DNA of 63,445 bases, the filler included, from Deltaproteobacteria bacterium (GTDB lineage: Bacteria; JAUYMQ01): the NCBI GenBank assembly GCA_030698575.1. It is 10 parts of 10 records of this genome, joined end to end, with 100 filler letters (N's around TTAATTAATTAA, not from the genome) between each part and the next. Parts side by side here need not be neighbours in the genome. Positions count along the whole stretch, not along the records: positions 1 to 3,008 come from JAUYMQ010000250.1; positions 3,109 to 8,787 come from JAUYMQ010000255.1; positions 8,888 to 11,862 come from JAUYMQ010000258.1; 7 more parts are not named here. One strand, 5' to 3'. Under the pieces are notes generated by a model. It worked only from the letters and a program-made list of their open reading frames with translations, searched no databases and had not been told where the DNA came from. The position numbers and the translations under genes are program-made. Shown piece by piece: positions 1 to 8,903 of the stretch (its first letter is position 1; each line of letters starts with the position of its first letter).

Positions 1-1255
1 TGCACTTGAAGTACTTGTACCAGTCGGCCGAATCATTCACCAGGCCGCGCTGCACGTACTCCTGCCACAGTGGCGTGCCGCGGTAGACGCACATGCGATT
101 GAAGCCGAAGCTGTCGATCGGGATCTTCGAGGCGAAACGGAACGTGGCGCGCAGATCCTCCTCGGTTTCATCGGGGATCCCCACAACGAAGAAGCCGTGA
201 ACGATCTCGATACCGGCCCGCTTGGCGCGTGACACCGCCGTTTCGATCTCCGCGAGCGTCTGTTCCTTCTTGAGCCGGTCGAGGATCTTCTGGCTGCCGC
301 TCTCGATGCCGAACATCAGGGTGCGGCAGTGGGCCTTGGCCATGGCCGGGAACAGGTCCATGCAGGTGGAGTCGACGCGCCCCTCGCAGCCCCACTCTAT
401 TTTGATGCCGTGCTCGTTGATGCCGTTGCAGATCGCCTCGATGCGCTTGGGCTGCAGCAGGAAGTGATCGTCGACGAAGAACACGGCGCCATAGCCGAGC
501 GCCTCGAGATGCCGGAACTCCTCCACCACGTGGCCGGCGCTGCGCGACCGCCACTTCCCCTCGTTGAAGATCGGGATGTCGCAGAAGATGCACGGCCAGG
601 GGCAGCCGCGCGACGTCTGCATGGTCGTGAAGCGATCGAGCGACAGCACGGCGGGGACGTCGAGCGGCATCGATTCGACGAAGTCGATCGGAATGCTCTC
701 GCGGTCGGGGAAGGGCCACTGGTCGAGGTTGCGCTCCAGGACCCGGTTCGGGTTGTGGCGCATCTTGCCGTCGCGCTCCTGCCAGGTGACGCCCTCCACG
801 GTGGCCGGATCGTCCAGGCGATCGAGCAGGTCGAGGAGCAGCTGCTCGCCGTCGCCGCGGCAGACGAAATCGATCTCCGGGACCTGCATCTTCACCAGCT
901 GCGCATTGAGCGAGGCGAACACGCCGCCGAAGGCGATGCGCACCCGCGCATCGGCCGCGCGGATCTGGCGGGCCAGCAGCTTGGCGTACGGGTAGCTGGT
1001 GGTCGACAGGAAGCTCAGCCCGACGAGGTCGGGGCGCTGGTGACGGATCATCTCGACGATGACATCGTCAGGGGTGTCGGGGTTGGCCTGGTCGAACAGC
1101 ACGACCTCGTGCCCCGCCCGCTTGAGAACGGAGGACAGCGACATCACCCCGATGGGCGGAAAACCCATCACCTGGACGCGGCCGTTCCTGCCACGCGTCT
1201 TGCCCGGGATGGCGTAAAACTGCGGGTCGCGAACGTGGATCAGAAAAACGCGCAT
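1..1255 (-). CDS. B12-binding domain radical SAM protein (runs off window start)
   Basis: Translated by hand (absent from ORF track because it has no stop in the window): MRVFLIHVRD...FPPIGVMSLSSVLKRAGHEVVLFD...PDLVGLSFL (cobalamin-binding domain) and TSRGCPWPCIFC (CxxxCxxC). Confidence 0.9.
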   Translation of the reverse strand, partial: MRVFLIHVRDPQFYAIPGKTRGRNGRVQVMGFPPIGVMSLSSVLKRAGHEVVLFDQANPDTPDDVIVEMIRHQRPDLVGLSFLSTTSYPYAKLLARQIRAADARVRIAFGGVFASLNAQLVKMQVPEIDFVCRGDGEQLLLDLLDRLDDPATVEGVTWQERDGKMRHNPNRVLERNLDQWPFPDRESIPIDFVESMPLDVPAVLSLDRFTTMQTSRGCPWPCIFCDIPIFNEGKWRSRSAGHVVEEFRHLEALGYGAVFFVDDHFLLQPKRIEAICNGINEHGIKIEWGCEGRVDSTCMDLFPAMAKAHCRTLMFGIESGSQKILDRLKKEQTLAEIETAVSRAKRAGIEIVHGFFVVGIPDETEEDLRATFRFASKIPIDSFGFNRMCVYRGTPLWQEYVQRGLVNDSADWYKYFKC

Positions 1256-1395
1256 GATACCCCCTCGTGGCCGCCGATCGGCCGGCACGAAGCCGTGACG
1301 AGGATACACGCATCCGGTCCGATGCCAAACAGAATCTGTGTCCCGGGTGGAGGGACTGGATCTGGGCCGGCGGCCCAGGGAGCGCCCGCCGGCGC

Positions 1396-2838
1396 TCAGA
1401 CCCTGTCGGTGCCGCCGCGCTGGCCCGCGAGCTTCCTCGGGTAAAGGGCCCGCAGGCGGTTGCCGGAACGCCGCCAGAACATCATCCGCACGATCAGCCC
1501 GGCATACAGGTAGAACTCGCGCCGACGGGCGAACAGCACCCGCAGCGCCCGCGGCGTAAGGTTGTTCTTGAGGGGCAGGAAGCCGTTGGCGATCAGGTCG
1601 AGCGTTACGAAAAAGAAGTAGCGGTATCTCAGCCCGCCCTTTCGCAGGTGGGCGCGGTAGCGCTTTCCCGGGGCGAAGGTGGCCCACATGTCGCGCACCA
1701 CGCAATCCTTGAGAAGGGCGACGGGAATGCGGTACAGAACATGGTAACGGGCCGGTTCGATCGCGTGCCGCTCGATAGTTCCGCGCCCATAGTCGAGCAC
1801 CCAGAAAGGCTTCTCGTCGGTCGGCACTTCGAACACGTAGATTCCCGCGAAGAGACGCCGCACCACGCGCGGGATGGCGCGGATGATGCGCCGGAAATAC
1901 CGCTCGAACGAGCCGAACGACAGGGTGGCCTTTGCTTCCTGTGCGTAGACCTTCTCGAGCGTCGCGGCATGGCGCTGGCGGTAGAGCTCGATGGTGCTCT
2001 CCCGATCGAGCAACTCGCGGTGCTCGCCGAGGCTGAACCCGCTGCTCTCGTCCCAGGAGTCTCCCGAGGTCATCACCACGCAGCTCGAATCCGGAATCTT
2101 ACAGGTGTTGTAATGCTCCTGGACCTCGATCGGCGAGACGATTAGGGAATTGAATTCAATGGTGTCCTTGTGCAGGTAACAGTGGTTGCTGGCGAACGGG
2201 ATGGCATAGCGCGGGCGGATCGTGCTGCCGACGTAGGCGAACTCCTCGATATAGTCGGAGCGGTCACGCACCCGCACCTCGGCGGCGTCCTCACTGGTGT
2301 AACAGTAGGGGTATCCCGATGCGTTGCTGTGGCTCTGAAACAGGAAGTCGATCGGGCCGTGCCGGCGCAGGATCCAGCGTAGCGGAGCGCCGCGCATTTT
2401 TGAGTCGTTCAGGTTGAGCAGCGTGGTGCGGCCGTTGCCGACCACCAGGGCCGAATCGTTTACCACGCCGAACTGGTATGAGGTGACCTCGAGGTCCGGC
2501 GCCAGGCGCAGCGGCCGGCCATGCGGCAGTTCGACGATGTTCTTGAAGCCGAGGCCCTCCGCATTGTCCCGCATGCGCGGCACCGTCGTCCGGGCGAGCA
2601 GGATGGTGGTGTCGCGCGGGAAGCGGCGGAGTGATGGATAGTGGCAGTGGTCCCAGTGCTCGTGCGTCAGATAGATGAAGCGCACGCCGCGGACGATGTC
2701 GTCCACCGGCGTGTCGATGGCCGGGAAATGCCACCAGGAGCGCCAGTAGCACGAGCCGACGATCCAGGGGTCCATGATCAGTCCGGTGTCGCCCTGGGTC
2801 ACCTTGAGGCAGGCATGACCGAAAGTCTCGAAACGCAA
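1396..2838 (-). CDS. MBL-fold metallo-hydrolase (UlaG/CMP-Neu5Ac hydroxylase-like)
   Basis: GHACL, DPW, THEHWDH metal motif, PFAS. Confidence 0.85.
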   Translation of the reverse strand: MRFETFGHACLKVTQGDTGLIMDPWIVGSCYWRSWWHFPAIDTPVDDIVRGVRFIYLTHEHWDHCHYPSLRRFPRDTTILLARTTVPRMRDNAEGLGFKNIVELPHGRPLRLAPDLEVTSYQFGVVNDSALVVGNGRTTLLNLNDSKMRGAPLRWILRRHGPIDFLFQSHSNASGYPYCYTSEDAAEVRVRDRSDYIEEFAYVGSTIRPRYAIPFASNHCYLHKDTIEFNSLIVSPIEVQEHYNTCKIPDSSCVVMTSGDSWDESSGFSLGEHRELLDRESTIELYRQRHAATLEKVYAQEAKATLSFGSFERYFRRIIRAIPRVVRRLFAGIYVFEVPTDEKPFWVLDYGRGTIERHAIEPARYHVLYRIPVALLKDCVVRDMWATFAPGKRYRAHLRKGGLRYRYFFFVTLDLIANGFLPLKNNLTPRALRVLFARRREFYLYAGLIVRMMFWRRSGNRLRALYPRKLAGQRGGTDRV

Positions 2839-2904
2839 CGCGGAATCTCCAGGTACGGCACTCGAAAGCGGCCGTGCGGCCCATCTTCTGAGAAGGGGAG
2901 AGCC

Positions 2905-2933
2905 CTACTACCGCGAACTTCGAGTCTTGTCAA
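2905..2933 (-). promoter_or_regulatory. sigma70-like promoter upstream of the MBL gene
   Basis: Minus strand TTGACA-17 nt-TAGTAG. Confidence 0.5.
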
Positions 2934-3008
2934 TCAATGAATTGGCTCACGCCTTGAGAAGAGTCGTGGGGATTCGGTACAGGACGTGATAATCGGCCGG
3001 CTCGGTCG

Positions 3009-3108
3009 NNNNNNNNNNNNNNNNNNNNNNNNNNNNNNNNNNNNNNNNNNNNTTAATTAATTAANNNNNNNNNNNNNNNNNNNNNNNNNNNNNNNNNNNN
3101 NNNNNNNN
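3009..3108. other. Artificial contig spacer (others at 8788-8887, 11863-11962, 15326-15425, 19508-19607, 22890-22989, 43685-43784, 48208-48307, 60383-60482)
   Basis: Identical N-run/TTAATTAATTAA/N-run blocks that put stops in all six frames. Confidence 0.99.
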
Positions 3109-3291
3109 CTTCCGGGCAGCGGGGATTCGTCTTTTAGCGTGGTAGCTGAGGCGCGTTATGAACTGGAAAAGAGGATTCGGAAGCGAAGAAGCGCAGGTCA
3201 GAACGCCCTCTGGAGCAACGTGGCCCAATCGTTAATTATCAGCCTGTGCATGGCGAATTGCCAATTAGGTAGCCATGGGGAGATCGAATAG
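3109..3291 (+). CDS. C-terminal fragment, possibly of a site-specific recombinase
   Basis: LPGSGDSSFSVVAEARYELEK resembles recombinase C-termini that overlap a degenerate tRNA 3' end; only 60 aa visible. Confidence 0.3.
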   Translation, partial: LPGSGDSSFSVVAEARYELEKRIRKRRSAGQNALWSNVAQSLIISLCMANCQLGSHGEIE

Positions 3292-3496
3292 TCCCCGCCG
3301 AGTTCTTCGTGGCGGGGAAACCGATGGTAGAACGGCCTCCGGGGCAACCCCGCCGAATCGCTGATTTTCAGCCACAAATTGAAATTCGCCAGCTACAGGT
3401 TGGCTTCGGTCCCCAACGAAGCTGGTTCGGAAGAGAGCGCCGGTCCGATCATGCGGACCAACCCAAACCCCCGAATACCGGCCAGATAAACAAAGA

Positions 3497-3572
3497 CCCC
3501 GGCCGCTCACGCCGCCGGGGTCGTCGTTCACACCAAGCCGCGCACTTCGCGCGGCTTTTAATTTGGCTCCCC
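3497..3572 (-). repeat. 76-bp structured element, copy 1
   Basis: 63/76 identical to 5803-5878 with no gaps; two hairpins; second hairpin followed by UCUUUGUUU on the minus strand. Confidence 0.85.
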
Positions 3573-3709
3573 AGGGTCAACCCTCTTCATAACCACTCTC
3601 TGAAGAGAGTATCAGGCGAACCTCGAACGAAGGGAGACCTCTTTCCGGCAATCGATTCTACATGGGTTCACCCAGACCCCTGTGGATCTGACGCCACCAG
3701 TTCGACGGA

Positions 3710-5422
3710 TTAAATGATGATCACCGTCCCGTCGAACCGGGTGAGGGAGAAACCCGCGAAGTCTTCCTCATAGGTCGCCTTTTGGTCCCGCAGGACGCCG
3801 ATCGCGACGGCCTCGCCCAGCGCCAGAGATTCCGAATAGTCAGTCCGCCAGTGAATGCCCGCGAAGTTGCGTCCAAATGCGATGTTCGCGGCCACTTTGT
3901 CGAGTTCGCCCCCGACGGTCAGCGCGCCCGCATCCGGCCCGGTGTAGGCAACGAGCGCGGTCCCGGCGGCGTTGGGAACCACGGGATCGGGAAGGACGAA
4001 GGATTCGTCGAACCAGGCCTTGAGAATGGTCACGCACGCGCCGGCCACGGTTGCATGCCCCGCGCCGTAGGCCGGGTGAAGCGGAGAGCCCTCGGGATAG
4101 GCCTGTGGGAGGAAGTAGGTCCCATACAGGTCGAAGGCCTCACTTACAGCCTGCGAGCTGAGAATTTCGGCGTCGATGGGATAGACCGCGGCGCCAGTCA
4201 TGTGATGGTGGATGCGCCCACCAAAGGACTCGGGGCGCAGGCGGCGGTGCACGTACCACTTCTGGTACCAGACGGCCTTGAGCGCGCGCGTCGCCACCTC
4301 GGTCACGAGGCTCAGGATGTGCGGTCCCCCGAAAGTGGCGAACGCGTCCGTCCGGCTGAGGCCGTGGTAGGGGTTGCCCGGATCCACAGCTGCACCCATG
4401 CCGAGGAGGATCAGGCACGCGTTCAGGTACGCCTCGTACAGCGCGTCGTAGTGCACGTACGCGGCCAGGTCGCGTCCGTTGCGGATGTAGCGCGGCGTTC
4501 CATCCAGGGCATCGGCGAGCACCGGATTGTCGCCGTTCTGGATCGCCAGCCACGAAGCGGGATCGGTCATGTAGTCGAGGCCCGGAAGGACTGTCTGCTG
4601 GCGCTGGTTGATGGTCAGCGTCCCATAGGGGATGTCTTTCAAGAGAAATTGCGACAGGTAGGGGCCGGCCAGATCGCCAGGAGTGTTTCCGCGGAAGATC
4701 GCGGCTGGCGTGACGAGTCCCGCCTGCTTCGGCCCTCGAAAATCCGAGAAGCCCGAGAGGTCCGCGCAGCCATCGGCGATGAGACCGTCGCTCCCGTAAT
4801 CGGCGAAGTGCACGTCCCGGGCAAGCGCCATCCAGTAAAGCTCGCTCATCTCGGCCGAATTCTCCGGCCCGTCGATGCGCGGCGCCGGGCGAATCGCCAG
4901 ATGGTGGGAATCCGGGCCCTGCAGGTCGAATGCGATGCCCGCCTGCGGGTTTCTCAAGGGACGGTCGCCACCCTGCGGGATCGTCTCGAAGGCAGCGTGG
5001 CTGCCCACCGAGAGCGCGGCCAGCATCGCCTGATAGGCCGAAGGTGTCACTTCGCCCAGATCGTTGTGGGGAAGGCCCTTCGAGAAGTTGGCGAGGTAGG
5101 GGTAATCGCTCTCCTCGCCGTTGTCGGGATGGAGGGGGAGTGGAAGCTTCCTCTGGGTGAGCGCCGCTTGCTGTCGGATGCGGAACGCATCGTTGCGCCG
5201 CCTGCGCGCGTCTCCACTGCCCTGCTCCGCGGCCAGTGCCTCTGCGCCCTTCGGTGAGCCCGCGAGCAGTGAGCCTCCTGTGCCCGCGTCCACGGCAAGC
5301 GCTGCCATGCCGCCGATGCCGGCGAGAAATGCACGCCGGCTGCAGGAGGCCGGAGAAAGGGCTTCGTTCTCGATCGTTGAAGGGTTGTTCCCGTCGATGC
5401 CGTCTTCGCTTGTTCGATTCAT
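3710..5422 (-). CDS. Vanadium-dependent haloperoxidase with Tat signal
   Basis: SRRAFLAG Tat motif; KWYVHRRLRPE, HPAYGAGHA, RNFAGIHWRTD vanadate-binding motifs; start taken at MNRTS (ORF track extends to 5671). Confidence 0.92.
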   Translation of the reverse strand: MNRTSEDGIDGNNPSTIENEALSPASCSRRAFLAGIGGMAALAVDAGTGGSLLAGSPKGAEALAAEQGSGDARRRRNDAFRIRQQAALTQRKLPLPLHPDNGEESDYPYLANFSKGLPHNDLGEVTPSAYQAMLAALSVGSHAAFETIPQGGDRPLRNPQAGIAFDLQGPDSHHLAIRPAPRIDGPENSAEMSELYWMALARDVHFADYGSDGLIADGCADLSGFSDFRGPKQAGLVTPAAIFRGNTPGDLAGPYLSQFLLKDIPYGTLTINQRQQTVLPGLDYMTDPASWLAIQNGDNPVLADALDGTPRYIRNGRDLAAYVHYDALYEAYLNACLILLGMGAAVDPGNPYHGLSRTDAFATFGGPHILSLVTEVATRALKAVWYQKWYVHRRLRPESFGGRIHHHMTGAAVYPIDAEILSSQAVSEAFDLYGTYFLPQAYPEGSPLHPAYGAGHATVAGACVTILKAWFDESFVLPDPVVPNAAGTALVAYTGPDAGALTVGGELDKVAANIAFGRNFAGIHWRTDYSESLALGEAVAIGVLRDQKATYEEDFAGFSLTRFDGTVIII

Positions 5423-5802
5423 CTTGACGTTCCTTCTGACGTTGCCGCGCTGTGACCCGCGACATGCGCGGGACCGGCTAGCGCACACCCTTCCGCCGGT
5501 CGCGATCCCGGAGGGAGGGGCGCGTACGTGCGCTTCTGCCGTCGACCCGTGACACGCGAGAGCAGGAGGTCGCTTGCGGCGCTCGCTTGCTTTGGTCCGG
5601 GGAGGCAGTGACCCCCGCGGCTTTTCGAGGGGGTCATCGCGCGACCGACCCGGCCGGGCCGATGCCGGCATAATGACATAACCTGAGGGGAAAAACCCAG
5701 TATATTGCCGGGAGAGTCGCGGGGTTAAGACGCCGCGGGGCCGGGCGAGAGGCGGGCCGATTCGAGGGGGGGGAGGAGAGGTCTAATGAAACATGAGCAC
5801 GG

Positions 5803-5878
5803 CCCCGGCCGCTCTCGCAACCGGGGTCGTCGTTCACAAGCCGCCGCGCCCACAGCGCGGCTTCTGATTTGGCTCCCC
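5803..5878 (-). repeat. 76-bp structured element, copy 2
   Basis: Direct repeat of 3497-3572. Confidence 0.85.
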
Positions 5879-6190
5879 GGAATTCTGTCCAGCAACTGTG
5901 AGTAGGAAGACTCTCCGGAGGATGCGAGAGTCGATCCATAGAGTACAATCCTGGTACACACCTGATCACCGGATTCGGCGGGCCACCTCCATCCCCGCCG
6001 GCTCTGAGACATGCCTGGAGCTTTGGGGGAGGGTGAGCGAATCGTTGGATCTTTGGGCCCTAGTGGGGGGTGGCCCCGACCTCTTGACCCAGCGGCCCCG
6101 ATCGACTCTAATCCCCCGGCCCATTCGGTCTCCCCTTACGCGCGCGGGCGCCGGGGGAGACGGCGGGGTTATCCGGGAGGAGGATGGCGC

Positions 6191-7471
6191 GTGAGCCAGC
6201 CTACGCGAAGTTCGGATGTGATCGTCGTCGGGGCGGGGCCCGCCGGGTCGGTTGCGGCGACGATGCTCGCGCGCGCCGGGGTCCGGGTCACGTTGCTTGA
6301 TAGAGCGCGGTTTCCCCGCGACAAGATCTGCGGCGACGCGGTGGGCCTCGATGCGGTGCGGATTCTCCGGCGGTTGGATCTCGTGCAATCCCTTCACGAC
6401 GCCGGCGCGGTGCCCATCAGCGAGACTCTCATCACGTCGCCGGAGGGCAAGAGGGCGCGCTTCATCGCTCCCCCCGCGCCCGCCTACAAGCGCGGCTTCA
6501 TCCTTCCCCGCATGGTCCTCGACTTGGCCCTGGCCGAGGCGGCGGTGAAGGCGGGCGCCACGCTGATCGAGGAGTTCAAAGTCCAGGCACCGATCCTCGA
6601 AGACGGGCGGGTCAAGGGCGTGGAAGGGATCACGGAGAACGGCGGGACGGCGTCATTCCGTGCGCCCGTGGTCATCGCCGCGGATGGCGCCCATTCGGTC
6701 CTCGTGCGCGCGCTCGGCCTCCGGCCCGCGAGAAGCGGTGGGCGCGCCTTCGCCGTCCGCGCCTACTACGAGGGAGCGGAGGGTCTGGGCTCCACGCTGG
6801 AGCTGCACTACATCAGGGAGATACTTCCCGCCTATGGCTGGATCTTCCCGACGGGGCCCTCCACCGCGAACGTGGGGATCGGCGTGTGGGGCGGCGAGGG
6901 AGAAAGCAAGCGGCTCCGGGCGCTTTTCGACAGCTTCGTCAACGAGCATCCGGCCTCGCGCGAACGCCTGGGCCGCGCAAGGGCCGTCTCGCCCGTGCGC
7001 GGCTGGCCGCTCGATCTCGGCAACAACGCCGGACGCAGCTCGGCCGCCGGCCTTCTCGTGATTGGCGATGCAGCGTCGTTCGTGGATCCGATCACCGGCG
7101 AGGGAATCGGAACGGCGCTCGTCTCGGCCGAACTGGCCGTCCACACGGCCCTCAAGATCCTCGAGCGCGGGGAGTTCTCGGAGCGCGCCTTTCGAGAATA
7201 CGACCGGGCCTGGCGCCGGAAGCTGGGCTGGGATTTTCGCGGCGGAGTCGCGCTCCAGCACCTCCTGGCCCGCCCGCGCGCCGTCGAGACGGTGGTCGGC
7301 CGCGCGGCGAAGGACGAGGTCATCGCTGCCGTCCTCAGCTCAATCGTCGGCGGTGCCATCCCGAAGTACATCGCTTTCCATCCACTGGTTCTCGCGCGGT
7401 TCGCCTTCGGGAAGCGGGTTCCAGTTCCGGGGCCGCGCCGGCGGCGGGGGGCGCCGAGCCCCCGGAGCTGA
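6191..7471 (+). CDS. Geranylgeranyl reductase family FAD-dependent oxidoreductase
   Basis: DVIVVGAGPAG, FPRDKICGD, YGWIFP, GDAA..DPITGEGI; GTG start with GGAGG RBS. Confidence 0.9.
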   Translation: MSQPTRSSDVIVVGAGPAGSVAATMLARAGVRVTLLDRARFPRDKICGDAVGLDAVRILRRLDLVQSLHDAGAVPISETLITSPEGKRARFIAPPAPAYKRGFILPRMVLDLALAEAAVKAGATLIEEFKVQAPILEDGRVKGVEGITENGGTASFRAPVVIAADGAHSVLVRALGLRPARSGGRAFAVRAYYEGAEGLGSTLELHYIREILPAYGWIFPTGPSTANVGIGVWGGEGESKRLRALFDSFVNEHPASRERLGRARAVSPVRGWPLDLGNNAGRSSAAGLLVIGDAASFVDPITGEGIGTALVSAELAVHTALKILERGEFSERAFREYDRAWRRKLGWDFRGGVALQHLLARPRAVETVVGRAAKDEVIAAVLSSIVGGAIPKYIAFHPLVLARFAFGKRVPVPGPRRRRGAPSPRS

Positions 7472-7516
7472 GCGGGCCACCGATCGTGGCGCCGGCGCTC
7501 AAGCCCTTCCTTAGCC

Positions 7517-7798
7517 ATGTTCCGGAGCTTCCGCTGCAAGGAAACAGACAAAATCTTCCGGCGGGAGTACTCCAGGAAGTTCCACCCCGGCGTTCAGCAC
7601 GTCGGGCTCCGGAAGTTGGTGATCCTCGACGCGGCGGAGACGCTTCAGGATCTTCGACTCCCTCCCTCGAATCGCCTGGACAAACTCTCCGGGGATAGAA
7701 AAGGGCAACACAGCATTCGCGTCAACGATCAATGGCGGATCTGCTTCCGGTGGAAGGAAGGCGACGCCTACGACGTGGAAATCGTCGATTATCACTGA
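7517..7798 (+). CDS. higB: HigB/RelE-family toxin
   Basis: DLRLPPSNRLDKLSGDRKGQHSIRVNDQWRICF...VEIVDYH. Confidence 0.93.
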   Translation: MFRSFRCKETDKIFRREYSRKFHPGVQHVGLRKLVILDAAETLQDLRLPPSNRLDKLSGDRKGQHSIRVNDQWRICFRWKEGDAYDVEIVDYH

Positions 7799-7812
7799 GG
7801 TACCGATAGACC

Positions 7813-8118
7813 ATGCCAAAGAAGAAAATGGCGCCTGTCCATCCCGGGGAGGTTCTCCTGGAGGAGTTTCTCGATCCCATGGAGATCACCCAGTATCGGC
7901 TCGCCAAGGCCATCAGCGTGCCGGCCCGCCGCATCAACGAGATTGTTCTGGGCAAGCGCGCCATCACGGCCGATACGGCCCTGAGGCTGGCACGTTATTT
8001 CGGCACGTCCGAGCGGTTCTGGATGAATCTCCAGGCCCGTTACGACCTGGAGGCCGAGAAGGATCGACTGGGAGCAAGGCTGGACCGCGAGGTCGAGATC
8101 CACAGAGCCACTGGATGA
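7813..8118 (+). CDS. higA: HigA antitoxin (HTH)
   Basis: PVHPGEVLLEEFL...RINEIVLGKRAITADTALRL...FWMNLQARYDL; follows the toxin. Confidence 0.93.
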   Translation: MPKKKMAPVHPGEVLLEEFLDPMEITQYRLAKAISVPARRINEIVLGKRAITADTALRLARYFGTSERFWMNLQARYDLEAEKDRLGARLDREVEIHRATG

Positions 8119-8185
8119 GAACTTGCAGAGCGAAGCGAACCTGCGGGGTTCGGGCTGGGACCCCTCTCTTCTGACGAAATTACGG

Positions 8186-8209
8186 CGGCCGTTAACTGGT
8201 TAACGGCCG
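8186..8209. repeat. Perfect inverted repeat
   Basis: CGGCCGTTAAC-tg-GTTAACGGCCG. Confidence 0.7.
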
Positions 8210-8359
8210 AGTTCGAAATTGCTGAAAACGCCCCCTCGCAACCCTTTGTGGCACCCGAGAATTCCGGCCGCCTGATCCTAGCTTGAGGATTCCTCAAACT
8301 CTTCGAATACTTCCCGCTTTTCCGAGCGCCCACCTCATCCCTACTTCCGGAACCGGCCG

Positions 8360-8497
8360 ATGCTCTTCATCCCTTCCCTTCTGGCCCTCTTTCGAACCCT
8401 CACCCAGGACCGGGCCGACCTTGTCCTCGAGAACCTGGCCCTCCGCGAGCAGCTCGCGATCCTCCAGAGGCACAGCAAGCGCCCGAAGCTCTTGTGA
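8360..8497 (+). pseudogene. N-terminal remnant of an integrase-core (rve) IS transposase
   Basis: DLVLENLALREQLAILQRHSKRPKL matches the typical 'LENLALRQQLAVL..RP.L' N-terminus; stops after 45 aa. Confidence 0.7.
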
Positions 8498-8712
8498 ACG
8501 GTCGCGTGCTGAAGTAGCCAGCGCCTTCCGCCGTTAGCTTCAGCGGAACAGGCAATTGACAGGAAGTGCATACCCTGTCAACGTAGAAGACATGAACCCC
8601 CTCCTTAGGTTGCCCCGCCGTGGGTAGCCGGCCCGGTGGAGGTGGCCGAAGTGGCGCGCTGAGAGAAGCTCAAGCAACTCGAGGTCCACGTGGCTTGAGC
8701 GGGAGCTGGGCG

Positions 8713-8787
8713 ATGACGAGGAGCTACCGCGTCGAGATCGAGCAGGAGGAGGACGGCCGCTTCCTCGCCGAGGTGGTCGATCTGCCC
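8713..8787 (+). CDS. HicB-family antitoxin (partial)
   Basis: YRVEIEQEEDGRFLAEVVDLP. Confidence 0.75.
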
Positions 8788-8903
8788 NNNNNNNNNNNNN
8801 NNNNNNNNNNNNNNNNNNNNNNNNNNNNNNNTTAATTAATTAANNNNNNNNNNNNNNNNNNNNNNNNNNNNNNNNNNNNNNNNNNNNCAGATGGAGGTGG
8901 GGC

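Noticed and set aside
329-1444. Long plus-strand ORF, and similar antisense ORFs such as 3782-5257, 23924-25198 and 39287-40771
   Set aside because: Shadow frames opposite well-supported genes, as expected in high-GC DNA
3540-3650. Intact tRNA gene next to GGGGAGCCA
   Set aside because: No T-arm or cloverleaf upstream in either repeat copy; only a 9-nt 3'-end match
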